A stretch of DNA of 64,000 nucleotides from an uncultured Nitrospiraceae bacterium. GTDB taxonomy: Bacteria; Nitrospirota; Nitrospiria; Nitrospirales; Nitrospiraceae. A model generated the notes under the pieces. The model did not search any database. It saw nothing but the letters and a program-made list of their open reading frames with translations, and was not told the DNA's origin. Location: positions 864,001 through 928,000 of the forward strand of contig CAVPLT010000004.1 in assembly GCA_963706325.1 (NCBI GenBank), read 5' to 3'. The translations under genes were made by a program, and so were the position numbers. This document shows positions 48,522 to 59,571 of the stretch, in pieces (positions within the stretch are counted from its first letter, which is position 1; each line of letters opens with the position of its first letter).

Positions 48522-51500
48522 ATGAGAGATACCCGTTCCAGGCGCCCTGATCCTCTGCTTCGCAATCTGAGTCTCTTCCTGCTCGGGATGATTCTATTTC
48601 TCGCCGCATGCGCGTGGTATCTCCAAACACAGCATGCATTCCGACACATCCTTGTTCCGCTCATGGCCGCAGTTGTGCCCGGCGAACTTCGAGTAAATAA
48701 TGGACTTCTCACCTTCCCCGCCACGCTCGAATTCACAGGACTCTCCTACCAACTATCGGAGATGGGGCTGTCGTTGCAGATCGATCAGCTACTCTTACGA
48801 ATTTCAGTGATGGCATGGCTGCGCGAACACCTCCTCGTTGTGGAAGAACTCGATCTTGAGAATGGCAAGCTGCACGTGGCTTCGGGGATGATCCCGCCTC
48901 CGCAAGGAGGTGCATCGACAGTTGCGAGTGCCGGCAAGACCGCAGTGATGATCCCTTTTGTCATTCAACGCGCGCGTCTGGATCACATCACTGTGTCGAT
49001 TCAAACAGGCGGCGATGAGTTCATGCTGCGAGACCTGAAGCTGGCCATCGATGATGTCGTGGCCAATCGAACCGGCACCATCGACCTGCAGTAGCGAAGT
49101 GGCATTGAACCGCTCTGCAAGCCAGAGCCGCTGGGCGGGTGCGTTCCTCTTGACCGGCACTCTTGAAGAACGCCGCGGCGGTCAGGAGTTGAAGTGGAAT
49201 GTGTCAAATCGGCTGACGGTTCGGGAGTGGCCCGGCCAGGGAGCTGTGGCCGATTCCAGCCAGATCACGCTTGATCAGACTATGTCAGGTCGCTATGACT
49301 TCACGCAAGCCAATGTGACGCAGATTCATCTTTGACTTTTTTGCAAGGCAAGACATCACTCGGCGACTTGCTCATTACGGTCACGCGAACTAAATCAGCA
49401 GAGGGTACAGTCATGGATGTTGTGATGAAGCTTAAAGAAATGAGTGATGCGGGGCTGAATCTTATACTCGGAAACAATGGATCGACCCGTCTTCGTTCAG
49501 CCCACATGAGCGGTGATGTGAAGGTCCATGCGATAGGGGAGCGGTACGATATTCGCTCCGTACTCACGGGACAGCAGTTCCAAGTCGTATCGGAGAGGGG
49601 CACGACTCCACCAGTGGATGTCGATGTGGCACAGGTGGGAATATTCGACAGCGGCTCTCGCAATTTAACCTTGGACATCTTCGAACTGCGCTTTGCGGCG
49701 CATGATCGAGTCCTGCTGGCGGGAGAACTGAAACATTCTTTGACCATCAACCTTGGTGTTGAAGGTTTGGAAAATAAAGGAGTCTCCACTCAGAATGCCC
49801 CTCAGTCTGATTGGATGCTCACGATCAACCATATCGTGGTTACCGAACTACGCCAATGGTGTGATGCCTTCGGCTGGAAGGGATTGCGAGGCATCCGCAC
49901 AGGAGAATTGGATGGCACGGTAATTCTTTCTAGCCGAGACGAGGGCCACGCAATAGATTTGAGCACCCGCCTCATGATCTCGAATGTGAGGATGGCCGAT
50001 GCGGAGAAAGGCGCAGACAGCGCCCCGTTGAAGTTCGCTCATGAGATCCAGGGAACAGTCACCTATCTGACCATTTTGCAACTGCATTCCTGGATCATGA
50101 CGGCCTCGGTAGGCGACCGATCCGTAGGGAGATTACGTTTGTCTGGGACCCTAGACCTAAGGATGCCTACGAGAGAACTGAGTCTGGAGGGATCGCTCAA
50201 GCTTACAGACTTGCCCGGTAGAGCGTGCAATCCACTGCTCGCTCTCTGGAGCGACGCACGCCTCGACCGAGCCCACTTCAACGGGAGGGTCGGGATCAGG
50301 ATGACTGCAGACTTTCTCAGTTGGGAGATCGATCTCCGTGGCGATCAAATCAGACTACGGCTTCCCGAGATAGATCAAGCGACTGCTCCCCTTTATCTTG
50401 TCGTGACCCAGTCCGGCAGTTTCAACCGCACGACCGGTGTCCTTCGTTTGGACAAGGGGATTTTGCAAGGACTGGAGCGGTCTCGACCTATCATCACCGC
50501 CGCCTTGGACAAACCAGTTCGCTTCACCCTTCGAGGTAAGGAAACAAATGGAAAGCCGCTTCAATCGCCGAATGGTCAAGTCACCACCTTCACCATAGCA
50601 GGCGCGGCATATTGGAATTGAGAAGCTGAGACCGAGACTGGCCGTCTGGGGAATCTCAGCCTTGAATGGAGTGAAGACCGGCATCATTGACGGACGTTGG
50701 ATCATGCGAGCACACGAAGGCACAGGCGCCCTGTCTGTCACCGGTACTTTCGATATCACGGGCCTGCGTCTTGATGCAGGAGTCATACGCATCAGCAAGC
50801 CCATAGGCCTTCGCAGCAGGATCGCTGCCACGATCACGAAGTTCTCCCATATCCGGTTGGACGCTCTGAACGTAGAAGCCCTGGAGGGAGCGAGCCTGAT
50901 CGCGATGCTGGGACTCAGTGGTGAAACCAATTTCGCCAACGGTTCTAAGGATCTCGCAGGCGCGTTCAATACTAGCAACATGGCGATACTCCTCGATCGG
51001 ATCGGGCTACTCGACGAACGGCAACGCACAGTGTTCAGAGAAGGTAGAGTATCCGTTAAAGGACATCTGACAGGTCGTGGACAGGATCAGCCCGTCTTAG
51101 CACAGGCTACGATTGACGCGCGCGCCCTTCGGTTCCAGCCGTTAAGGGGTCAATTCCTCACGTATTCGCTTCTCACGGAAGGAACCGCGGAACTGAACGC
51201 GGCCCGGACGGATATCAAGATCAACAGGATCGGCATGACTCTGGGGTCCCAAGGGAAGCCGGCTGGAACACTAACTTTTGCGGGAACATGGCCGATCGCG
51301 GAGTCCAAACAAGGCCGTGCCATCACCGTCGTGACCAAAGACTTAGATATCGCACCGCTTGTGGACGTATTCGGAGTACTCCCAGGTCGAGAGCAAGGCC
51401 CGTTACCGGTCAGCGCCGATTTCTCCATATCACTGGATTCCGGCGGTGGGAGTCTCGTCGTTCGCGGTCAGGAAATACTCGGACCGATTCGGATTGCACG

Positions 51501-52650
51501 TAAAGGTGAAGATGGAGGGTCCAAAGAGGCCACTCTTCGTATTGAGCACGACCTGAACCGACAGAATGATGAGGTCCGCGTAGCAGGTCTGACGGTGACC
51601 GCCGATCGTCCCGGCGGCCGGTCTGATCGTGTGACTGCCAGTGGCGTGGTGAGGATCGCCGGGCAGCCTGGCGCGCAACTCAAGGTGGAGATTGCCTCGC
51701 TCGATGCCGCCTGGCATGCCGCGTTGTTCTCAAGACCTGAGCCCATGCGTCAAGCCAGTGCTAACCAGGCTGTGGGAAAGGATCGAGAAGGTAGAACGGA
51801 ACCGTCGAACAGCCTTGCCTTTCTCACGAACCTCGATGCAGAACTGTCGATAGCGTCTATCTCCTACAACAAACTGATGTTTGGGCCTGGTCGTGTGATT
51901 GCGAAAGGAACCGGCGTGCGACTGGAGGCCAAGCTGGAACCAACGGTCATTGCTGATGGCCAGGTGGATTCGATAGTGACCCTCGTGCGGCAGGACAAAC
52001 AGACGCAACTCATCTGGTCCGGTAAAGGCCAAGGTTTGAATATCGAATCCATTATGCAAGCAGCACAACCAGGCCAGGAAGCCGTGCTCAAAGGAACGGG
52101 GTCGTTTGTGACTTCCGGATCAGGCCTTCTGAATGAAGAGCCTCTCCGAACGCATGCCTCGGGAATGTTTAATTTCAACGTTGTGGACGGCCAAGTCCTC
52201 TACTCTCCACTGTTTCAGTTCCTCGCAAAGTACACGCACATCAGTGAACTCGAGCAGATGGAATTTGATGGCTTCGCAGGCAACGTGCGCCTGGAAGGTG
52301 GCTGGATCCATGGCGATTCCTTGGCTGTCACCGGCTCTCTCGCCTCCCTGGAAGGGAACGCTTCGGGCTCGCCTGACGACATCGCCGATGGTCGTATTTT
52401 TGTGAAAATCGGCCCATCGCTCGCGAAAAAAATCAAGATCCCCTGCATGTCGGCGCTCCTCAAAACCTCTGACGGATTTACGACTCTCCCGTTTGCTGTT
52501 CGGGTCAGCGGCCCCATAAAAAACCTCACCTTTAGCCCTGACACCGCGGCGTGGCACAACGCCAAAGGCGGGATCACATCCCTGGCAGGCACGATGAAGA
52601 ATCTGCTTCGTGGCTGTCGAGAGGATCGCTCAGAGGAAAGTGCGAAGTGA
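48522..52650 (+). pseudogene. AsmA-like (repeating beta-groove) protein, ~1370 codons, broken by three frameshifts
   Basis: N-terminal TM + LQIDQLLLRIS...LVVEELDL; C-terminal NVVDGQ, FDGFAGNVRLEGG and LPFAVRVSGP. Junctions are near 49090, 49320 and 50600. Confidence 0.75.
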
Positions 52651-52686
52651 CCTCTCCCCCTAGCATCTATGGGCCGATTTGGTCGA

Positions 52687-52905
52687 ATGCTTCGATTCGT
52701 GTTCCTTCTTGTTCTCGCGTTATTGCTGGTAGATCTAATCTACGGTTATGTCATGGGCCAGCCTACGGCCCAGTATATCGAGATCGGCCTCCACGTCATT
52801 GCCGTCATTCTGGTCTTGGGCCGTGGTCATATTCAATGTACGCGCGCGAGGAAGTTTTCTCCGGTTCACCCTTCATGGTTCAGTGTATCATCCAAAAAAC
52901 CATGA
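52687..52905 (+). CDS. Small two-TM hypothetical protein
   Basis: Two hydrophobic segments only. Confidence 0.4.
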   Translation: MLRFVFLLVLALLLVDLIYGYVMGQPTAQYIEIGLHVIAVILVLGRGHIQCTRARKFSPVHPSWFSVSSKKP

Positions 52906-53029
52906 GAGGGTTTTGTGGATAGCTGCGCACACCGTACCAGTAGTCTCGCGCCATTGACGAGAGAGGACAAATTTCAATCAATGGCACTACCAACCGAGTG
53001 GAGACGCCCCCAACCTGCCTGATGCACCA

Positions 53030-53057
53030 TTGACCTCCTATGCCGAATTGCTATACT
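53030..53057 (+). promoter_or_regulatory. Sigma70 promoter of the GYD gene
   Basis: TTGACC, 16 bp spacer, TATACT with an extended TGn. Confidence 0.6.
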
Positions 53058-53088
53058 GCGCACTTCAGCCAATGAAAGAAGATAATCG

Positions 53089-53421
53089 ATGCCATTCTAT
53101 CTGACGCGGTTCAGCTACACGCCAGAAACGTGGGCGAAGCTCATTAAGAATCCGGAGGACCGCCGAGCTGCAGCTCAGCAGTACATCGAATCAGTCGGGG
53201 GAAAGTTGCATGGTTTCTGGTATGCCTTCGGCGATCATGACGCATACAACCTGTGGGAGGCCCCTGATAACGTGTCGATGGCAGCCACTGCGATCGCAAT
53301 CAGTGCGGGAGGAGCGTTAAGTTCCCTACATACCACCCCGTTATTGACGGTTGAGGAGACACTCGCGGCTCTACAAAAGGCGTCGTCGATCAAATATCGA
53401 CCACCGGGAGACAAAGGATAG
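53089..53421 (+). CDS. GYD domain protein
   Basis: YL.RFSYT......I.NP.DR...A....E..GGKL..FWYAFG.HD pattern. Confidence 0.88.
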   Translation: MPFYLTRFSYTPETWAKLIKNPEDRRAAAQQYIESVGGKLHGFWYAFGDHDAYNLWEAPDNVSMAATAIAISAGGALSSLHTTPLLTVEETLAALQKASSIKYRPPGDKG

Positions 53422-53447
53422 GAATATCCAGCCGCTCACGGAACTGC

Positions 53448-53903
53448 TCAGCGCTCTCGCCACTCCCACGGCGGCACTGGGCGCGGATCAACCCATAGTC
53501 CTCGCTTCGCCTCCCGGGCCTGCCGTTCCAGCTCTCCCAACCGAGGGTCTTTTGAGTATTTTCGAAACCACCAGGCCAGACCAGCCTTGATGAGCTCCTG
53601 ATTCAGAATCCGGCCGTCCGGCAGAAGCACTTCTGCCAGCCGCCGGCCGTACCGATCGCGCTTGTCCACATACACCGTGACATCATGCCCAAAGGCTAGT
53701 TCGGAAGTGTATTCCTTCGCTCGTGTGCCGAAGGGCTGGCGCTTCTCGGGGCAGTCGATGCCGAGCAAGCGAATCTGTTCGGCTTGGCCATCGTGTAGGA
53801 CCCGGATGGAATCGCCGTCGATGACGCCGACAACCTTTCCGATAAATTCGAGGTGGGCAAGGAGAGGGGTCAACAGCCTGCGGAGATTCAGCGATGTTCT
53901 CAC
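53448..53903 (-). CDS. Thermonuclease (SNase-like)
   Basis: VIDGDSI, IRLLGIDCPE..QPFG, DRYGR.LA, LN..L...GLAW and RGLW....PVPPWEWR. Confidence 0.92.
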   Translation of the reverse strand: MRTSLNLRRLLTPLLAHLEFIGKVVGVIDGDSIRVLHDGQAEQIRLLGIDCPEKRQPFGTRAKEYTSELAFGHDVTVYVDKRDRYGRRLAEVLLPDGRILNQELIKAGLAWWFRKYSKDPRLGELERQAREAKRGLWVDPRPVPPWEWRER

Positions 53904-54193
53904 TGGGCTGGCAGTCTACATGACATACAGGGTTGGCGATAGCACACGGGAAAAGGGGTGGGCAAAGACCTCAAGAGATTGAAAGCCTGAGGAGGCTTCC
54001 ATCACTGATCAATCCTCGCCATCCGAGATGATAGTGTCACCTGTCAATTCTACCAGTAATCCCGAATCTCCCAAAGGCTCAACATGGGGCCTTTAAGTAA
54101 TTAATGGTTCGCCTTCGTGCCTACGCGCTGCGCCCTGATGCAGGTCTCGGATGGTCGAATGAGCGGGGTGTGATACTGGCGGTGATCCTTCTT

Positions 54194-54908
54194 ATGAGAC
54201 TATCGATCGCAGGAATGTTTCTCGTTGTGGTGCCGGCGCTATTGGGCGGGTGCAATCGCCCGTTCCATCTGTGGGAAGCCCATACAACCGCTACTCAAGT
54301 CCCTCCCTCACTGGTAGTCAGCTTGCTGTCTCAGTCACAGACCGCCATTCTTTTGCCCGCCACCTATAATCATCTGCAAGGCTATCTCCCCGCTCTGTCT
54401 CAAGCGCTCACCGTGGCCTGTGGTCAAACCTCTCCCGCAATCCCGGTGCTCGCTCAGTACGAGACCGTCAATCGGATCAACGCGCCGGGTATGGTGCTGG
54501 ACTATGTGGAGCAGGATCCAAGTTTTGCCGCCAGCCGATTTCTATCGCATGACCGTCTGCAAAAGATTCGAGAAACCTTGGGAGTCAGATATGTGCTTCA
54601 ACCCGGGCTCATCTATGTAACCGACAACATGGACGACAAGTTCGAGCTAATGGGTTGGCATATCCTGCGAAGCCGGGTCAACACTCTTGGACTATGGCTT
54701 CGATTATGGGATGCGCAGACTGGGGAGTTTCTCTGGGAGTCAGCGGGGGAAAGCGACCGTGGCGGCTGAACTGTTAGATGAAGGCTCGACCGTGCCATTT
54801 CACGCCATCGCCCGAAAACTGTGGCGTCACATGATTCAAGAAGGGTTATTGACTGGGAAAAGAACCTCCCGGTCCTTCTTGAAGGAAGAGTTTTCTGTCG
54901 AGCCATAG
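54194..54908 (+). pseudogene. Lipoprotein with a +1 frameshift near the 3' end
   Basis: LGGC lipobox; LRLWDAQTGEFLWESAGE continues as ATVAAELL after removing one A near 54751. Confidence 0.6.
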
Positions 54909-55920
54909 ACGATTGGCCATCAACATGAAGGAGGAATGACATGAGACCAGTCTGAAGCATGCAGCTAGCTGCTGTAGGCGCCGGAAAAGGGTGAGGATCG
55001 TGCGAGGAGCTCCGTCGGCTATTAATTTCGTTAAATTCGTTTCTTTCGTAGAAGAGCGGCGCTGGCGGGCTGGTGGATCCGGACCGAGGAGGATCTCGAA
55101 AAGTGAAGGCCGGAGGGGCTGTCTTCTCTGTACTGGCCGGGTCAAACACGATGAGTCGGGTGACGGGACAGGACGCGCTCTCCTCGTCAGATCATCCTTC
55201 AGGATCCGGCATCAAGGGCTTAATGGGGTCGACCGTCCGGGAGAGGTAGCTGCCGCACTGGTGACAGATCAGCTCCTCTAGTCCTGGAGATTCTCGCACC
55301 TCCATAGGCGTGGCACATTGGGGGCAGGGCGGCTGGGCAGACATTAGCACCTGGTGAAGTTGGGCCGTTGAAGGAGTTCAGACTACAGTATGCTAAACAC
55401 TTGTGCTGAATCCAGAACCGAAGAAGGCTCGATAAAGCTAGGGGGACCGTGAGCATCGGTCGTTTATGTCGTTTCGGTCGTCAGCCCCCGTTCAGCAGAT
55501 GTGGGGAAGAAAACTCCCTCAGCCGCGCCACTGATTCGCCGTGGTTTTTCGTTTCGTTCGTTTATTTCCCAGAGAAGACCGGACCGGTGGCTGGGAGATC
55601 CGCACCGCGAGGAACGTTAAAGCGCGAAGGCGGGAGGGGGGATGCTTACCCTTGATTAAGCTACTCTGTCGGCTTTGTCGGGGTGCTACCAGGATAAATG
55701 GAGCCTGAAATAGCGAGCAGTGCCTCACTGTGTCGGGATTGTCGGGGCCTCTGTGGTATGAATCGGCCAAAATTCAATGGAGCCTGGCCATGGAAATGTG
55801 TGTAGCTAGCCGAGGGGTGCCCTTCTGTGGGTGGGGTCCTGCCGGAACATGGCGGGGGGGCCTTTCCTGGCCAGGGTGACAGCAAAGTGCGGAGTGGAGA
55901 AAATATTTTTACGTTTCCAC

Positions 55921-55943
55921 TGTCCCGTAATTTGTCCCGTAAT
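55921..55943. repeat. Integrase arm-type direct repeat at the right att end
   Basis: TGTCCCGTAAT at 55921 and 55933, with the same core and orientation as 34653/34664. Confidence 0.7.
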
Positions 55944-56049
55944 CATCGGTGTCCACCGGAGTCCTTCGTCCTTCGACCCCATGATGGCAGATGGACAAGT
56001 CGCCGATAGATAAGGATTGGGTCAGATAGTCTCGGGGAGAGGAGGGGAG

Positions 56050-56114
56050 CGCCCAGGACTTAAAATCCTGTGTCTGAAAAGGCGTGCGGGTTCAAGTCCC
56101 GCCTCCCGCACCAA
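56050..56114 (+). repeat. Right att repeat (duplicated 3' 65 bp of tRNA-Leu)
   Basis: Identical to 34530-34594. Confidence 0.96.
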
Positions 56115-56555
56115 TTCAACCCACGTGATTAAAATCCCTCAGGCCCACAAGGCGGCCCGTACGGGTAGATCCCCTTCTCCAGCACCATTATCAATGACTT
56201 ACGCCCTTCCACCTTTTCCATTTCCCTAGCTACCAACAATTGCACTGCCCGATCTTGACCTCAAGCTCGCGAGTTTGAGCACTCGTTCCGACAGATCGCT
56301 TGCGATTTCATTCGTATAGCGCTGATACACGCTCTGGTTCCCGAAGCGGGACACAGGGGTGGAATCCTGTAAATTCAGCACCTCGACTTCTCAAATTCAT
56401 TCCTTCCTGCCTCTGCAATTCCGACCGCGCCGAAAATGTAGCACTCGCACGGTGTTAGAGCCCAATGGCTCTAGAGCCCTTCACGGCTAGGTCTTACGAT
56501 TTCATTCGTCAGGTCATGATAAGGCTGATCAAACAACCGGATCAGGAAGACCGAT

Positions 56556-56909
56556 ATGTCTTCCATTCTTGTCATCGATGACGACACTGCGCTTCGTGAA
56601 GTCCTCCGAGTGGCTCTTGAGACCGCGGGACATCGTGTTCGCGAAGTGAGGAATGGTCGTGAAGGGATACGGGACTTCCGAAAGGAGCCTTGCGACCTTG
56701 TCATCACTGATATCTATATGCCCGAGCGCGATGGGCTTGAGCTCATCGATGGTTTGCGACGGACACATCCCCAGGTAAAAATTCTCGCCATGTCCGGCGC
56801 ATCGGGCACTATGGACTACTTGAATAAAGCTCGTGCATTGGGGGCGGCCATGGTCATTCGGAAACCCTTCGCCATGCGGGCAATGGTGAGAGCCGTCAGC
56901 GACTTATAG
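56556..56909 (+). CDS. Single-domain response regulator
   Basis: ILVIDDD, DLVITDIYMPERDG, MSG and KPF. Confidence 0.92.
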   Translation: MSSILVIDDDTALREVLRVALETAGHRVREVRNGREGIRDFRKEPCDLVITDIYMPERDGLELIDGLRRTHPQVKILAMSGASGTMDYLNKARALGAAMVIRKPFAMRAMVRAVSDL

Positions 56910-58337
56910 AGGAGGTGGCCCCACCGGCGTGCCAAATAAATCAGAATCCTGACGTTACGGGCTAAGGAGAGGCGTCCGGCTTTTGCTATTCGTCTGGTCG
57001 TTGCCACCGCACGTTACCTCGTGGATCTTCCATCCAGCCAAGCATACCTGCCGTTAGGAGCACTCCTATGTTGACGACGTCTGCTTCCGCATCTGTGCAT
57101 AACTTATGAGGGAATTCTGTTCTTTTGCTAATCCATATTTACGTAGTAGCTTATAGGACATTGCGTCCAGGTCAAGCAGGAGGCAGGGACTCGTATAGAA
57201 ATAACGAAGAGTCAAGCCACAAGATATAGGGGAGTTGATGGCATTCCATTCAATGCCTAAAAATTAGGCACCTTGCTGGGCTGGGCATACCTAGCACCGC
57301 TTAGGGCCTCGAAGCAGACTTATCAACAGACTTATCCCCAAAAATTGTGCACCACAAACCAAACGCTTGGAGTGGTTTCCACCATTGATTCCGACCTAGC
57401 GAAGCCCGTGTGGAGTTTAACTTCCTCCACATCTTGCTCAATGCATCAACTCCCCTGTTACCAATCGATGAGCGCCTTCTTTTCATGAGAGACAAGCGTC
57501 GATCACGGTATTATGTTCTTTTATAAGCGGGGCTGACATGGTCGCTGCCTCGAAGGGGGGGCATGGTCATGTCGTCGTTCCTGATTCATTGAGTTGGTAG
57601 GGGGTAACTTCCTCTGTTTTGATTACCAGCGCACCGGCGTTTTCGACTATCACCCCGGACTCCTGCTATGACTACTCTGGTGCTTCTCAGTTGCTGCGGA
57701 TAAAAGGCTTCCGGCGAACATACCAACCGGACCGAATGCCAGTGAGATCGCGACACGTAACTTCACAAGATTGTTCAATTAGTTGCTTCCGGAACCTGGA
57801 GGCACAGTGGCGATCACATTCCGTTTTAGAGGTGGACTAAAGGTCACATAGTTTCCCAGAGGAGGAAGCAAGGAGATGCCCTGGTCCATCTCCCCATATC
57901 TGCGGCACAGCATTCAAGCGGCCGACCCCGTCATTGCGATGACGGCAAAAAGAGGGAAGAAGAATCGTGTCCAGGCGCAGTCGCTGCCGCACTCAAATGG
58001 AAAGGCCTTTGGGCAATACTGTCGCATCGCCACACTTTCTGTTTCTGGAGTTCAATGCTCTCCGTATCACTTTGGGGAAGCCTCGATCTGGGAGCTGTCG
58101 ACTGTCTTGTGTCTGATCCTGCCATAACTCACAGCTAGAATGGACTTCGCTCGTCGAGCAGCATCGGTACGATCCTCTCACCAAGAGCATATTGAGCGGT
58201 CTGATATACTTGCAGCAGGGAATGGTCCCGTTCGTTCAGGACATCAGCAAGGAACGTCACCACTCAAGTCAAGGTCGAATCTTTAGCAAGGTAACGATAG
58301 TCGGGCGTTCACTAGGGAAGTATCAGGGAAGGGACGC

Positions 58338-58826
58338 ATGGAAGAGGTGATATTGCAGGAGCATAGGTCCGCTGTGAATAAGAATCATCAAGATATACCC
58401 TCCGGTGAGTGTGCGGTTCCTGCGCCGCCTCTTCCCTCTGATCCGTCAGCGCCTCGTTGCCCGATCAATAAGTGCAGTGGTCGTCTCAGGACTGAGGCGT
58501 CCGGCTACAATTCCCGCACCGGGTTAGAATTGATGATCTGCACGCTATGCGGGCATCGGGGGTTTCGATCCCGGGATGGTGTGATTCTCTTATTTCGAGG
58601 GGGGTATGAATACAAGTTTAGCTACGGTCCATCAATACAGACCCTCAACATTGTGTTGAGCTCCGCCGCAGTTAACCTGTGGGGTACTCACGACGTGAGC
58701 GATGATCAGCTAGCGAAGATCGCTGCAGAATGGGCCTTGCTATGTGGTCATACGAGCAGACAGATTCATTTAGGGATTCCCGCTGAAGAGTTCGCCGACT
58801 GCTACCTCTATTTTTGCAAGCCATAA
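58338..58826 (+). CDS. Hypothetical protein with a zinc-ribbon-like segment
   Basis: CPINKC...CTLC; AAGGGA SD. Confidence 0.65.
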   Translation: MEEVILQEHRSAVNKNHQDIPSGECAVPAPPLPSDPSAPRCPINKCSGRLRTEASGYNSRTGLELMICTLCGHRGFRSRDGVILLFRGGYEYKFSYGPSIQTLNIVLSSAAVNLWGTHDVSDDQLAKIAAEWALLCGHTSRQIHLGIPAEEFADCYLYFCKP

Positions 58827-58934
58827 CGCAAGCTCTTCCCGTAACCTCTTCACGCATTCGACGGATGCCTTTGCCGTAAAGTGTTGTGCATTCTACGATA
58901 TTGAGGGCTGAGCGATGCTGCATGGGGGGTGTGC

Positions 58935-59501
58935 CTACCATTTGCCGAGCCAGTTGCGGCAGCCCGCATAATACGATGCGATCGCGATGGCTACAATAGA
59001 CATGATCTGCATGACGTGCTGCACCAGCACGCTCGGATCGATTGTTCTCGTCACGAATAGCACGGCGGCGGCGATGAGAGTCACGATGAAGGTGGTGCGT
59101 TTTGGGCAGAGACTGCCGTCGCGTTTGCTTTGTGCCGCCAGCACAATCCAGACACAGGCCCACCCGATGGCTCCGACGACCAGCGCAGCAGCGAGGTCCG
59201 TCATCCCCACCATGAGACTGCTTAGTCCGAGCTCAGTCTTCGGGCGGCGAGGGAGTTCGATGCGAATGCGATAGAGTTCTCCGACAGAGAGCGCGAGCCA
59301 GATGAGTAGGATCCCCAGCAGAAAACTGCCGCGTCCCATTTCTTCCGAGAAAAGACGTCGTCGAGCTGAAGGCTGCGCACCACCCTTCAGCGGGAGACCT
59401 TGAAAGTGCGGCGTGAAATCGTACCCGCATTCGCAGAACTGAGCGGCATGAGGATTGGAGAGTAGACAACGAGGACATTCAAGCGGCATCGGCTCGCTCA
59501 T
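58935..59501 (-). CDS. Zinc-ribbon + four-TM membrane protein
   Basis: CPRC...N...AQFCECGYDF followed by hydrophobic helices. Confidence 0.7.
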   Translation of the reverse strand: MSEPMPLECPRCLLSNPHAAQFCECGYDFTPHFQGLPLKGGAQPSARRRLFSEEMGRGSFLLGILLIWLALSVGELYRIRIELPRRPKTELGLSSLMVGMTDLAAALVVGAIGWACVWIVLAAQSKRDGSLCPKRTTFIVTLIAAAVLFVTRTIDPSVLVQHVMQIMSIVAIAIASYYAGCRNWLGKW

Positions 59502-59571
59502 TTCACCGCCCTAAGCATGGTAGAATCCCGCAGTTATCAAGTGGCACACACAATGATGTTTCGGAGGAACA

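Larger units (their letters stand above)
34530..56114. mobile_element. Integrative element / genomic island in tRNA-Leu(TAA), ~21.5 kb
   Basis: Identical 65-bp direct repeats at 34530-34594 and 56050-56114; an integrase and xis-like gene next to the left end; shared TGTCCC arm-like doublets inside both ends. Confidence 0.93.

Noticed and set aside
49091..49094. Stop-codon read-through or programmed frameshifting in the AsmA-like gene
   Set aside because: The downstream coding frame differs, and no slippery or recoding signal is apparent. A simple 1-bp insertion explains it.
55810..55915. cos/pac-like packaging site (G/C runs, palindromes CCTGGCCAGG and AAAATATTTT)
   Set aside because: It is suggestive of a satellite end, but no terminase gene or specific consensus supports it.
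56050..56113. Second tRNA-Leu gene
   Set aside because: It lacks the 5' acceptor strand and D-arm; it is the att duplication.
57619..58190. Short ORFs in the 56.9-58.3 kb gap
   Set aside because: They are mutually overlapping and lack motifs; only 57876 has an SD-like sequence, which is not enough to call a gene.
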